A DNA stretch of 64,000 bases from an uncultured Ignavibacteriales bacterium (GTDB taxonomy: Bacteria > Bacteroidota > Ignavibacteria > UBA10030 > SZUA-254). The DNA lies in contig CAVQPS010000009.1 in NCBI GenBank assembly GCA_963714795.1, forward strand, positions 385,304 to 449,303. Reading direction: 5' to 3'. The notes below the pieces were generated by a model. The model was not told the origin of the DNA, did not search any database, and saw nothing but the letters and a program-made list of their open reading frames with translations. Positions within the stretch are counted from its first letter, which is position 1, and each line of letters starts with the position of its first letter. A program made the translations under genes and the position numbers. Below are positions 31,979 through 41,657 of the stretch, piece by piece.

Positions 31979-32983
31979 TTAATCGTTCTGAAGAAGTTTT
32001 TCGATAATATGCATCGATGTTACGCCGTCTGCCTCGGCATTGAAATTCGGAACAATGCGATGACGCAGCACCGGCTCGGCAATTTTTCGCACATCGTCAA
32101 TGTCCGGCGTGTGTCTGCCTTCAAGAATTGCGCGTGTTTTTGCACCGAGTATCAAATATTGCGATGCGCGGGGACCGGCACCCCAGCTCAACCAGTCCTT
32201 AATAAATTGAGGTGCACGGGAAGTCTTCGGTCGTGTGCGTGTAACGATGTTGACTGCATACGCAATAACATTATCGGCAACCGGCACGCGGCGGACTAAA
32301 TCCTGATAGAACAAAATTTCTTTCGTACCGAGAATATGTGTGAGCTTTGCCGTGTACATGCTTGTTGTCGATTTAACGATTTCCAGTTCTTCCCGTTCGG
32401 AAGGATAATCGAGCCAGAGATTGAACATAAACCTGTCCAGTTGCGCTTCGGGAAGGGGATATGTTCCTTCCTGCTCGATCGGATTCTGCGTTGCAAGCAC
32501 GAAGAACGGTTCTTCGAGCAGATACTTTTCGCCCGCGGCCGTCACATGATGCTCCTGCATCGCTTCAAGAAGAGCCGCTTGCGTTTTCGGCGGAGTCCGG
32601 TTGATCTCATCGGCAAGAAGGATATTCGCAAAAACAGGACCGCGAATAAACTTAAAAGCTTTGCTTCCCGTCGTTCTGTTGTCTTCAAGAATTTCCGTGC
32701 CGGTAATGTCACTCGGCATCAGATCGGGAGTAAACTGAATCCGGCTGAACTTCAAATCGAGCACTTCGGCAAGTGTTTTAATGAGCAACGTTTTGGCAAG
32801 ACCGGGAACGCCGACCAGCAAACAGTGTCCGCGCGCCAGCAATGAAATCAATAATTGCTCGATGATTTCATCCTGACCGATAATAACTTTGGCGATTTCT
32901 TTTTTGATCGATTGAACATGTTGCTGAAGCGATGCAACGGCTTCAACATCGTTGGTCATACTGTCGCGTATTGGTGTTGTCAC
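31979..32983 (-). CDS. moxR: MoxR family AAA+ ATPase (start GTG 32983 or ATG 32959)
   Basis: GVPGLAKT, RIQFTPDLMPSD, LADEINR, ATQNPIEQEGTYPLPEAQLDRF. Confidence 0.95.
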   Translation of the reverse strand: MTTPIRDSMTNDVEAVASLQQHVQSIKKEIAKVIIGQDEIIEQLLISLLARGHCLLVGVPGLAKTLLIKTLAEVLDLKFSRIQFTPDLMPSDITGTEILEDNRTTGSKAFKFIRGPVFANILLADEINRTPPKTQAALLEAMQEHHVTAAGEKYLLEEPFFVLATQNPIEQEGTYPLPEAQLDRFMFNLWLDYPSEREELEIVKSTTSMYTAKLTHILGTKEILFYQDLVRRVPVADNVIAYAVNIVTRTRPKTSRAPQFIKDWLSWGAGPRASQYLILGAKTRAILEGRHTPDIDDVRKIAEPVLRHRIVPNFNAEADGVTSMHIIEKLLQND

Positions 32984-32999
32984 AGTTCCTCGTAGATTG

Positions 33000-34292
33000 T
33001 TAAAATCGCGATTCCCAATAAATTTCCGAATGAAGTTGCTTGAGCCATGCCTGGTACTCGGTCGAGCGTTTATACGATATTGCCAACTGCTCAACCTGTT
33101 TCCAATCATCCGGTAACCGCATCGCATGTGGGGTCACACGTTTTTTTAAATACAAAATTTGATAGCCGGTCAATTTCCCTGCTTTTACTTTCACCGGATC
33201 ACTGATGTCGCCGTCCTTCATTTTTGAAGCGGTCTCAAGTACGGATTGATCAAATTGCGTGACCGGAAGGTCTCCGAGAAATCCGCCGATCTGGGCAGAT
33301 TCCTTATCTTCGGAATACCGTTTCGCAAGGTCCGACAAATCCGCACCGTGCGCGATACTGTCTTTCAACCTGTTGAGAAAAGCGATCGTCGAATCATCAG
33401 CGGATGTATCTTCCTTAAACTTGAGCAGGATATGCCGCGGGTGGACTTGTTCACCGCGCCGTTCGAGAAGTTGAATGATATGGAATCCGATCGGTGACTC
33501 GACGATCGGAGAAAATTCGGAATCTTTCAGGGCAAAAACGGCTTCTTCAAATTCGGTAAAAAATTCTCCGCGCCGCACAAATCCGAGATCGCCGCCCAAC
33601 GCTGCCGTACCCTTGTCTTCGGAATACCGCCGGGCAAAATCCGCGAAGTCCCCGCCGGCTTTCACCGAATCGAGAATTTTTTGCAACTGTTCACGGATCC
33701 GGGATTTCATTTGCACGCCGATCTGCGGAACGCGAAAAATATGGTAGAGCTCCAGTTGTTCAGGCACATTCGGCAAACTATCTTTGTATTGAGCGTAGAA
33801 CTGTTCTACCTCTCTGCGCGACGGCTGAAGATCGCCGAACTTTTCCTGTTGAAGCGCCTGCACCAGAAGCTGGTTGCGCGTCTCCTCGCGGAATTCACGC
33901 TTCATTTTGGAAATCGGCATGCCGTACAATTCTTCCAATTTTTTTTCAGAACCGACTTGCTGAATTCTCTGGGCAACCAGCGCATCAAGTTGATTCGTTA
34001 CCTGATCCTCGCTGACAGAAATATTGGTATCATCCAATGCTTTCGTCAACATTAATTTATCATTGATCATGACATCGAGAACCTGCTGCTTCAATTGGGG
34101 AGACGATGGATCGACTTTATTGTTGAATGCATAAAATTCCACCTGAGAATTGAGGTCGGAAAGCAAAATAGGTTGTTTGCCGACCACAGCGACGATTTTA
34201 TCGATGACGACCGGCTGACCTTTCGTAACCGAGTTCGTACAGAGAAGGAATACAATGAACGATAATATGCATTGAAACAGAGTTTTATTCAT
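33000..34292 (-). CDS. surA: SurA-like parvulin peptidyl-prolyl isomerase chaperone
   Basis: IDKIVAVVG N-terminal domain; two parvulin domains (FADFARRYSED...GGDLG...GFHIIQL; LAKRYSED...GGFLG). Confidence 0.85.
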   Translation of the reverse strand: MNKTLFQCILSFIVFLLCTNSVTKGQPVVIDKIVAVVGKQPILLSDLNSQVEFYAFNNKVDPSSPQLKQQVLDVMINDKLMLTKALDDTNISVSEDQVTNQLDALVAQRIQQVGSEKKLEELYGMPISKMKREFREETRNQLLVQALQQEKFGDLQPSRREVEQFYAQYKDSLPNVPEQLELYHIFRVPQIGVQMKSRIREQLQKILDSVKAGGDFADFARRYSEDKGTAALGGDLGFVRRGEFFTEFEEAVFALKDSEFSPIVESPIGFHIIQLLERRGEQVHPRHILLKFKEDTSADDSTIAFLNRLKDSIAHGADLSDLAKRYSEDKESAQIGGFLGDLPVTQFDQSVLETASKMKDGDISDPVKVKAGKLTGYQILYLKKRVTPHAMRLPDDWKQVEQLAISYKRSTEYQAWLKQLHSEIYWESRF

Positions 34293-35139
34293 GGCCAAGT
34301 GTTTGTGTTGTATCTGATGAACCGGAGCCTATCATTAATTCAACAGGATATTTGGCCCGAAGAGTTCCAAGCAATTCCGTATAACGGTTCCGGCGATGTT
34401 CTATCAGCAGACGCTGTCGGACTTCATCCTGTGCCAGCTCAAACGGAGCCGGTGACCCTTTTTGGTACCTCGCGAGGAGTTGCACGATGCTGTACCCTGT
34501 TCCGATGTTGATGGGAAAAGAAACTTCGTTCGTTTCGAGTGTCTGTGCGACTTTCCATAATTCATTGGGATAGAGCATTGGTTGAGAAAAAACATTTCCT
34601 ATACTGCTTGAAACAATCATTTTCGATGCAACGGTATCGTGAAGTAATTGGTTCAGGGCGGCGTTCCAGGATGAACCGCGGGTAACCGACGCAGCAAACG
34701 CGCTTGCACGTTCCCGTGAGTTCAGTGTCAGAAGATTTGCCTGTATCATGTCTTCCCGGATAAAAAATTCCGCTGCATGGTGTTTGTAATACTCGGTAAT
34801 TTCATCCGGACGAACGATGATGCTGTCCTGATCCAGCATCCGTCGGAGAAATGCACTGGAAATAATTTCTCTTCGTGCATCGCGCAATTGTTCCTGAATA
34901 CCTTCGCTCTTTTCCAATCCGCTGTGTATGGCCTCTTGATACAGGAGTTCGTCATTCATCCACAACGTTGCGTAGCCGCGTAATTGGCCTGCGGAAGAAA
35001 GTTGTGCGGTATCAATATGCTTACGGGCTTCCTCCATGGTAAGCGTTGCATCGCCCACACGGGCAATGATCGCGTCGGATTTCTGCCGCTGGCAGCCGGC
35101 AACCAGTACGATAACAAACGGCAGCCAGTATGCGTTCAT
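34285..35139 (-). CDS. Degenerate PPIase/foldase-like lipoprotein
   Basis: Lipobox VAGC; IARVGD; ELLYQEA; EVSFPI...GYSIVQL; lies between two PPIase genes. Confidence 0.7.
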   Translation of the reverse strand: MNAYWLPFVIVLVAGCQRQKSDAIIARVGDATLTMEEARKHIDTAQLSSAGQLRGYATLWMNDELLYQEAIHSGLEKSEGIQEQLRDARREIISSAFLRRMLDQDSIIVRPDEITEYYKHHAAEFFIREDMIQANLLTLNSRERASAFAASVTRGSSWNAALNQLLHDTVASKMIVSSSIGNVFSQPMLYPNELWKVAQTLETNEVSFPINIGTGYSIVQLLARYQKGSPAPFELAQDEVRQRLLIEHRRNRYTELLGTLRAKYPVELMIGSGSSDTTQTLGHE

Positions 35140-37148
35140 TGAGCCGGGGGCGTGTGAAACGCGCCCAGAAGAGCATCTTTAAACTGCACGACCGGATACC
35201 GCATTTTAATACGGTCGACCCATTCCTGTTCTAATTTTTTCGAAATGTAATCCTGGTAGGCATTGGAGACCTCTGCCCCGGCATCTTCATACGTTTTCGG
35301 CTCAGCCGGTTTCTTATCGACAAGCTTGACAATGGCAAACGTTCCATTATCAAGCGGGATCGGTTCGGTGATATCACCAATCGAAAGGGAATCGGCACGC
35401 CGGGTCAAATCATCAGTTGTTATCGGCTGCATTCCACGGGATCCGTCTGAAGTTTTCCCACTGGGATCTTCCCTGTAGAGAGCGGCCATGGTATTAAAGT
35501 TCGCTCCATGCCGTAACGAATCATACATGATATACGCAAGCGTATCGTTATCAAAAACCAGCACGCTGATGTTGACACGAGCGGGAATCATAAACGAATC
35601 GCGGTGAGTTTGATAATACGCCCGTAGAACAGAATCAGAAACGCCTGTCTTACTCCATACTTCATTCTGCTGGGCTTTATACAGAACGATTCCTTCGCCG
35701 TATTCTTTCATCAAATCGTGGAATTTCGGATCACGGGCTTCAAGTCCCGTCGATTTTGTTTCCAGGAGAAACGATTCCCCGATTTGGTCGATCCGGTTTG
35801 CAATACTGCTTTTTCTTAACGGCGTGGATCGGTAATCTTGTTTCGTATTGAGGATCGAAAGCACGGTATCCACGGAATACGATTTACCGTTGAGGAGAAT
35901 AACCGGCTTGGACCGAACGCTCTGTGAAACGTTTGCCGACCATGCACTATCATCGGTGGTTTTGGATGAATCGAGCTGCGCAACAAGCTCGTCCAAGACC
36001 TTATCATCGGCAACATAATTGTATTCTTTCTTCAACCCGTTGATATACGTTTTATAATCATCCTGATAGCGGGTCTGCTGATATGTTTTCTTCAGTTCCT
36101 CCGACATCGATTCAAACGAACCAAACGGTTTTGCGCTGTCGCACAGGATGAGATGATAGCCGAACGGCGTCCGGACAATCCCGGAAACCTCTCCGGCTTT
36201 TAATTTGAAAGCAGCTTCATCAAACGGTTGAACAAAATGTCTGCGTCCGAACCATCCCAGGCTACCGCCTAAACTCGCGCTGCCGCCATCCTCCGACATT
36301 TTAATTGCGAGTTGATGAAAATCCCAACCTTTTTTTAAACTATCCTGAATTCCTTTAATCCGGATCATTGCGGCGGCGTTATCGGCCGAATCCGGTGTCG
36401 GTGATTTGAAACGCGCCATGATATGACTTACTTTAATAGTCCCGCGGGAAGGCTGGCGATCGGTAATTTTTAAAACGTGATATCCGAACGGAGAACGAAT
36501 CGGCACAGAATTGATTTCACCCTTGTGTAATGCATACGCGCCATTTTCAAACGCGCTGACCATTTCACCGCCGCTAAAATAATAGAGATCGCCCTTGTTG
36601 TCTTTCACGCTGGGATCTTCCGAATAACGGAGCGCCAGCGAATCAAAGTTGGTTCCTGCCTTTGCGCGTGAGATGATATTTGTTGCTTTGGCGAATGCGG
36701 CGAGTGTGTCTTCCGGTTTTGCCTCAGGCGTTACGCGCAGCAAAATGTGTTGAGCACGAATTTCTTCGCGTTGCCGTTCGTACAACTGTTTTACCCCGGG
36801 CGTTGTCACTTCTTTGTCGATGAGAAAATTCGTCGCCAGACTTGAGCGATAATCATTCAATTCGCTTACGATATCAGAATCTTGGTCGATGTGGTGATCG
36901 TAGGCATCCTGCAATTTCAGTTTATAATTCGTCAGAAGGTCAAGAAAATGCTCCCTTTCACTCATTGAACTTTTACTTGCCGCTTCCCAGTCGGGGGAAT
37001 TCCGCAGATAGAAATTTTCATACTCACTGAGAGGCACCTTTTGCTGTCCGACTTCAAGTACGAGGACATCGCTTGATTTGGGGGAACAGCCAAGAAACAG
37101 GGATATAAAAACAAAAAGGATACAGTACATCCCATGAAGAAGTTTCAT
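35136..37148 (-). CDS. Multi-parvulin peptidyl-prolyl isomerase lipoprotein
   Basis: Lipobox FLGC; EIRAQHIL...YSEDP...GDL...FGYHVLK; VSHIM...FGYHLI. Confidence 0.85.
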   Translation of the reverse strand: MKLLHGMYCILFVFISLFLGCSPKSSDVLVLEVGQQKVPLSEYENFYLRNSPDWEAASKSSMSEREHFLDLLTNYKLKLQDAYDHHIDQDSDIVSELNDYRSSLATNFLIDKEVTTPGVKQLYERQREEIRAQHILLRVTPEAKPEDTLAAFAKATNIISRAKAGTNFDSLALRYSEDPSVKDNKGDLYYFSGGEMVSAFENGAYALHKGEINSVPIRSPFGYHVLKITDRQPSRGTIKVSHIMARFKSPTPDSADNAAAMIRIKGIQDSLKKGWDFHQLAIKMSEDGGSASLGGSLGWFGRRHFVQPFDEAAFKLKAGEVSGIVRTPFGYHLILCDSAKPFGSFESMSEELKKTYQQTRYQDDYKTYINGLKKEYNYVADDKVLDELVAQLDSSKTTDDSAWSANVSQSVRSKPVILLNGKSYSVDTVLSILNTKQDYRSTPLRKSSIANRIDQIGESFLLETKSTGLEARDPKFHDLMKEYGEGIVLYKAQQNEVWSKTGVSDSVLRAYYQTHRDSFMIPARVNISVLVFDNDTLAYIMYDSLRHGANFNTMAALYREDPSGKTSDGSRGMQPITTDDLTRRADSLSIGDITEPIPLDNGTFAIVKLVDKKPAEPKTYEDAGAEVSNAYQDYISKKLEQEWVDRIKMRYPVVQFKDALLGAFHTPPAQ

Positions 37149-37325
37149 TCCAGTGCTTCCTTTCTTATTATTACAGTTACGGATAGTTTTTGAAGGTTTT
37201 TGACGCTTCAGTATAACCAAAAAATGTGAAAAATTCAAGAAGATAAAACGCGAACCGATTATCCTTCGAAACATCTTCCGCACATTTTTCCCCGTATCAT
37301 GATCCGTTGATTTTCTACCGTATTC

Positions 37326-37354
37326 TTGATTCGCATATCCTTTTTTTCTATATT
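37326..37354 (+). promoter_or_regulatory. Promoter of the menaquinone (mqn) operon
   Basis: TTGATT (37326-37331), 17 nt, TATATT (37349-37354). Confidence 0.55.
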
Positions 37355-37387
37355 TTGTGACACGACATCATTCCAAAGAGCGGCTAT

Positions 37388-38209
37388 TTGAAAAAATTCT
37401 TTAACTTTGTCAAAATTGAACATACACTTTTTACTCTGCCACTGATTTACAGCGGCGTCATTCTCGGTTGGCATGAGCCCCACGCTTCTTCCTTGTTATT
37501 CCTTGTCCTGCTTGCTGCCGTCGGAGCACGGACCGCATCGTTTGCTCTCAACAGAATCATTGACCGGGAAATTGATAAACGGAACCCCCGTACCGCGTTG
37601 CGTGAACTTCCGAGCGGTACGATGACAATGAACGACGCGTTGCTGGTATTGATCGTCGGTTGTGCATGTTATTTCGGCGCGGCAATGGCAATCTCGACAT
37701 TCTGCCTGATCCTTTCTCCGATTCCGCTTATCGTCTTTGTCGTCTATCCGTATATGAAACGTTTCACGGCGTTTGCGCATTTTGGCGTCGGTGTGGGAAT
37801 GTCGATGGCACCGCTGGGCGGGTACTTTGCCGCTTCGTCATCCTTTCATAATATTCTTCCCGCCGTTTGGCTCTGTCTCTTCACGGTTTTTTGGGGCGCC
37901 GGTTTCGATATTATTTATGCGACACTCGATGAGGATTTTGACCGGCAGGAACACCTCTATTCTTTCGTTTCCAGATTCGGAAGAAACCGCGCGTTGATAT
38001 GGTCTTCTATTTTTCACGGTATTGCTTTTGTGAGTCTCGTGATGCTTTTTTTCATGACAAGACGGACATGGTATGCCGCAATATTTCTTCTTGCCAGCGG
38101 CATTATGTTATGGATGGAACAACGAAGAACATCCAATGTTAATCTTTCTTTTTTCAAAATTAATGCGGCATTAGGATTTGTCGTTTTTGCAATGATTCTT
38201 CTTCAATAG
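37388..38209 (+). CDS. mqnP: UbiA-family prenyltransferase of the futalosine pathway (MqnP-type)
   Basis: KIEHTLFTLP, NRIIDREIDKRNPRT..RELP, YPYMKRF, GFDIIYA; located in the mqn cluster. Confidence 0.85.
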   Translation: MKKFFNFVKIEHTLFTLPLIYSGVILGWHEPHASSLLFLVLLAAVGARTASFALNRIIDREIDKRNPRTALRELPSGTMTMNDALLVLIVGCACYFGAAMAISTFCLILSPIPLIVFVVYPYMKRFTAFAHFGVGVGMSMAPLGGYFAASSSFHNILPAVWLCLFTVFWGAGFDIIYATLDEDFDRQEHLYSFVSRFGRNRALIWSSIFHGIAFVSLVMLFFMTRRTWYAAIFLLASGIMLWMEQRRTSNVNLSFFKINAALGFVVFAMILLQ

Positions 38210-38222
38210 AAAGCGATACCGT

Positions 38223-38774
38223 ATGAGAATTATTGTCGGCATAACAGGATCGTCCGGCGCAATCTACGCAGTGGAATTTCTGAAACAATGCCCCGGCGAC
38301 AAATTTGTTGTTCTCAGTAAATGGGGTAAGGCGTTATTGAAAGACGAAGCCGGCATGACGGAAAAAGATTTGCAGCCGTATTGCAAGAAACAGTTTTCGA
38401 ATGACGATCTCACAGCACCAATCGCTTCCGGTTCCAATAAATTTGATGCATATGTGATATTACCATGTTCAACATCAACGGTCGGCAAAATTGCTTCCGG
38501 AATCGGCGACACGCTTATCACACGAACAGCGCAAGTTGCTTTGAAGGAACGATACAAACTTGTCCTCTGCATTCGCGAGACACCGCTTGCCACCAACACG
38601 CTGGAACAATGCGCCGCGCTGTCGCGTGACGGTGTTATCATCATGCCGATCAGCCCGCCTCTCTATTATGTACCGAAAACCGTGGACGAATATATCCGCG
38701 GATTCGTTGATAAGTTATCAGGACTCATCGGCGCCCGAACATCCCGCGGCTGGCGCGCAGAAGATTTGGAATAA
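38223..38774 (+). CDS. ubiX: UbiX-family flavin prenyltransferase (MqnM-type)
   Basis: GITGSSGAIY, IASGS, PCS, ALKER, RETP. Confidence 0.92.
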   Translation: MRIIVGITGSSGAIYAVEFLKQCPGDKFVVLSKWGKALLKDEAGMTEKDLQPYCKKQFSNDDLTAPIASGSNKFDAYVILPCSTSTVGKIASGIGDTLITRTAQVALKERYKLVLCIRETPLATNTLEQCAALSRDGVIIMPISPPLYYVPKTVDEYIRGFVDKLSGLIGARTSRGWRAEDLE

Positions 38775-38777
38775 CGC

Positions 38778-40598
38778 GTGGCACTGCGCGAATTCCTTCA
38801 TATTCTTGAACGCAACGGCGAACTTCACCGCACACAGGTTCCCATCGACCCATCGCTCGAGCTAACCGAAGTTGCCGCCCGTGCTTTGCGGGAAGGCAAA
38901 CCGGCATTGCTCATCGAGCGTCCTGATGGATCTGAAATTCCTCTCATCATCAATCATTATGCATCCGATCGCCGTATCGAGCTGGCGTTAGGAAGACATC
39001 CCGATCAAATCGGCGAGGAACTCATCCGCTTCCTTGAACGGATTTTTCCGCCAACGCTTAAATCATTGCTCGACAACTCATCGACCGTGAAGCGTTTTTT
39101 TAAGTCACGAATCAAACACGTTCCCACCGGCGTCTCGCAAGAAATCGTCGGGCAACCGGACATCGATCGATTGCCGGTACAAATCTGCTGGCCCGATGAC
39201 GGCGGACGATTTATCACATACGGTCAGGTGATAACATACAACCCGCACGACGGAAAACGGAATATCGGCATCTACCGCATGCATGTCTTCGACCGGCAAA
39301 CGACAGGTATGCACTGGCAAATTCAAAAAGGAGGCGGCTTTCATTTTTATCAGGCGGAAAAATTGAAAAAGAATTTCGAACTTGCCGTTGCACTCGGAAC
39401 GGATCCTGCATTGCTCCTTGCAACGGTCGCCGCACTGCCGGAAGGAATCGACGAAGCGATGTTCGCCGGTTTTCTCCAGAACAAACGTATCGAGTTTACA
39501 AAAGCAAAATCGATTTCCATCGACGTACCCGCGTCAGCCGAGTTTGTACTCGAAGGAATCGTACCGTTCGGCGAACGGCGCATGGAAGGTCCGTTCGGCG
39601 ATCACTTCGGCCATTATTCCGCCGCCGCGGAATTTCCTGTCTTTCATGTCAAGACGATAACACATCGCCGCAATCCGATCTATCCGGCAATCGTTGTCGG
39701 CAAACCGCCGATGGAAGATAAATTTCTTGGCGATGCCACACAGCAAATGCTCGGTCCGCTCGTCAAGCTCATTCATAAAGAAGTTGAAAGTCTCTGGGCA
39801 TATTACGAAGCGGGATTTCACAATCTTCTCGCGGTCGCCATCGAGCAGCGCTATCAGAAAGAAGCGATGAAAGCGGCTCTCGGCTTGATGGGAACCGACC
39901 AGCTTTCACTCACCAAATGTATGGTGATGGTTTCCGCCGGTGTGAATGTCCGTGACTGGCATGCCGTGCTTGCCGAAATCAAAAATAATTTCGATCCGCA
40001 TTTCGATTTTGTGATGATTCCCAAAGTTCCGTTCGACACGCTCGACTTCACAAGCTACAAAATGAATCTGGGAAGCAAGATGATCATCGATGCCACGCGA
40101 AAGCCGCCACGCGATTCGCGGCCGAACAATCAAGAAGCAGAATCTCAAAAAATTCAATCGTTCATTCCGAATCTATCATCGATCGATCGCCGTATCATCG
40201 AAACCAATCTGATCGATTCGACATTCCTTCTTGTAAAAGTTGAATCATCACTGAAGCAACGGGACATTTTTCCGGCGGCACCCGAATCGTCTGCCGGCAA
40301 ACAAATTATTGAAAAACTGGTTGCAATCCCTCAGCTTTCATCGCTCAAAATGATAGCAGCAGTAAGCGAGGATGTGGATATTCATAACAAAGAGAGTTAT
40401 ATTTGGGGAGTGTTTACGCGATTTGATTGCGAACGGGATATCGTTTTTACCGAATCACGGCTGGCCGGCATCGCACCGATTTACAACGGCGTTATGGGCA
40501 TCGATGCAACATGGAAACCCGGTTATCCAAAGCCGTTAATTATGAAGGCTGAAATCATACAGCGCGTCGACGAGAAATGGGGAAAAATCTGGAAATGA
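38778..40598 (+). CDS. ubiD: UbiD-family prFMN decarboxylase (menaquinone-type, MqnL)
   Basis: CWPDDGG, NIGIYR, EGPFGDH, GKPPMED, duplicated C-terminal 'IDAT.K'. Confidence 0.92.
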   Translation: MALREFLHILERNGELHRTQVPIDPSLELTEVAARALREGKPALLIERPDGSEIPLIINHYASDRRIELALGRHPDQIGEELIRFLERIFPPTLKSLLDNSSTVKRFFKSRIKHVPTGVSQEIVGQPDIDRLPVQICWPDDGGRFITYGQVITYNPHDGKRNIGIYRMHVFDRQTTGMHWQIQKGGGFHFYQAEKLKKNFELAVALGTDPALLLATVAALPEGIDEAMFAGFLQNKRIEFTKAKSISIDVPASAEFVLEGIVPFGERRMEGPFGDHFGHYSAAAEFPVFHVKTITHRRNPIYPAIVVGKPPMEDKFLGDATQQMLGPLVKLIHKEVESLWAYYEAGFHNLLAVAIEQRYQKEAMKAALGLMGTDQLSLTKCMVMVSAGVNVRDWHAVLAEIKNNFDPHFDFVMIPKVPFDTLDFTSYKMNLGSKMIIDATRKPPRDSRPNNQEAESQKIQSFIPNLSSIDRRIIETNLIDSTFLLVKVESSLKQRDIFPAAPESSAGKQIIEKLVAIPQLSSLKMIAAVSEDVDIHNKESYIWGVFTRFDCERDIVFTESRLAGIAPIYNGVMGIDATWKPGYPKPLIMKAEIIQRVDEKWGKIWK

Positions 40599-41626
40599 AA
40601 AAACAGTGGATTGTTAAAGGCATTGCATGTATCATCGTATCGCTTTTTATCGTTCAATGCAGTAACGACAGCACCAAGACCCATTATATTTACATTCCCG
40701 GTTCAGAATGGTCGTCAACGGTGATCAACAAAATTCTTATCGCAAAACAGGAGTTTGATATCACGCAGGGACAATCATCCGGCTGTAATGACGTTACGCC
40801 CACAACACCTCCGCCGGAATCGTACGAATTATTTTTTACAGATACATCGGGAACGGTCCTGAAACAGTTATCAACCACATTGCAGTTGTCATCGCAGGCA
40901 ATATTCCGGTGGTCGCCGGCCGGAAACAAAATCATGATATTGGATAATACCAAGGTTCCGATCAGAATAATCGATACCAACGGCGCGGTCCAGCGTTTTG
41001 ATTCTCTGACATCCGTTACATCGGCCGCATGGTCGCCGGACGGGTCGTCGGTTATTTGTTCCGGCGCAAAATCAAACGGGGCATATTCGTTATTTGAAAT
41101 TACTCCGGGCAACACAACCATTTCACTGATTTATTCACAGAAAGAAACCGGACCGGTAGCGTGGTCCAAATTAAATGAATTAGCTTTTGTGACGGTCGAT
41201 TCTATTAGCGCAAAATTGTGGTTATTGACGAATGCAACCGGGCCCGGAATTTTAAAATTGATTGATTCTGCCTCCGGATTTTACACGCCGTCGTTTTCTC
41301 CTGATGGCAATACTCTGATCTATTCAAGAAATACACAAACAAGCGACGATATTGTCACGGTGAATACCACAACGTTGCAACAGCAACTCTTTTTACAGTT
41401 CTCCGACGGAACACAGGTTACATCGTTGCGCTATTCGCCCGACGGAACGCTGATCAGTTATTATTCGTATGCATCCAGCAGTCAAATCAATTTATATGTT
41501 GTCGGAGCCGACGGAAGCAATCCAACATCCGTCGCTTCTTTGTCGACCGACGGAAGCTGGTCGCCTGATTCCCGTCATGTGGCGTACGTGTTGAATAATA
41601 AATTGTATACGAAGTGGGTGAACTAA
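40595..41626 (+). CDS. TolB-like (PD40/WD40) beta-propeller putative lipoprotein
   Basis: Signal peptide ending IVQC; repeated WSPAG, WSPDG, FSPDG, YSPDG, WSPDS; ATGA overlap with ubiD. Confidence 0.75.
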   Translation: MKKQWIVKGIACIIVSLFIVQCSNDSTKTHYIYIPGSEWSSTVINKILIAKQEFDITQGQSSGCNDVTPTTPPPESYELFFTDTSGTVLKQLSTTLQLSSQAIFRWSPAGNKIMILDNTKVPIRIIDTNGAVQRFDSLTSVTSAAWSPDGSSVICSGAKSNGAYSLFEITPGNTTISLIYSQKETGPVAWSKLNELAFVTVDSISAKLWLLTNATGPGILKLIDSASGFYTPSFSPDGNTLIYSRNTQTSDDIVTVNTTTLQQQLFLQFSDGTQVTSLRYSPDGTLISYYSYASSSQINLYVVGADGSNPTSVASLSTDGSWSPDSRHVAYVLNNKLYTKWVN

Positions 41627-41657
41627 AAGATTTTTTCTGAATCAAATTGAAATTTTT

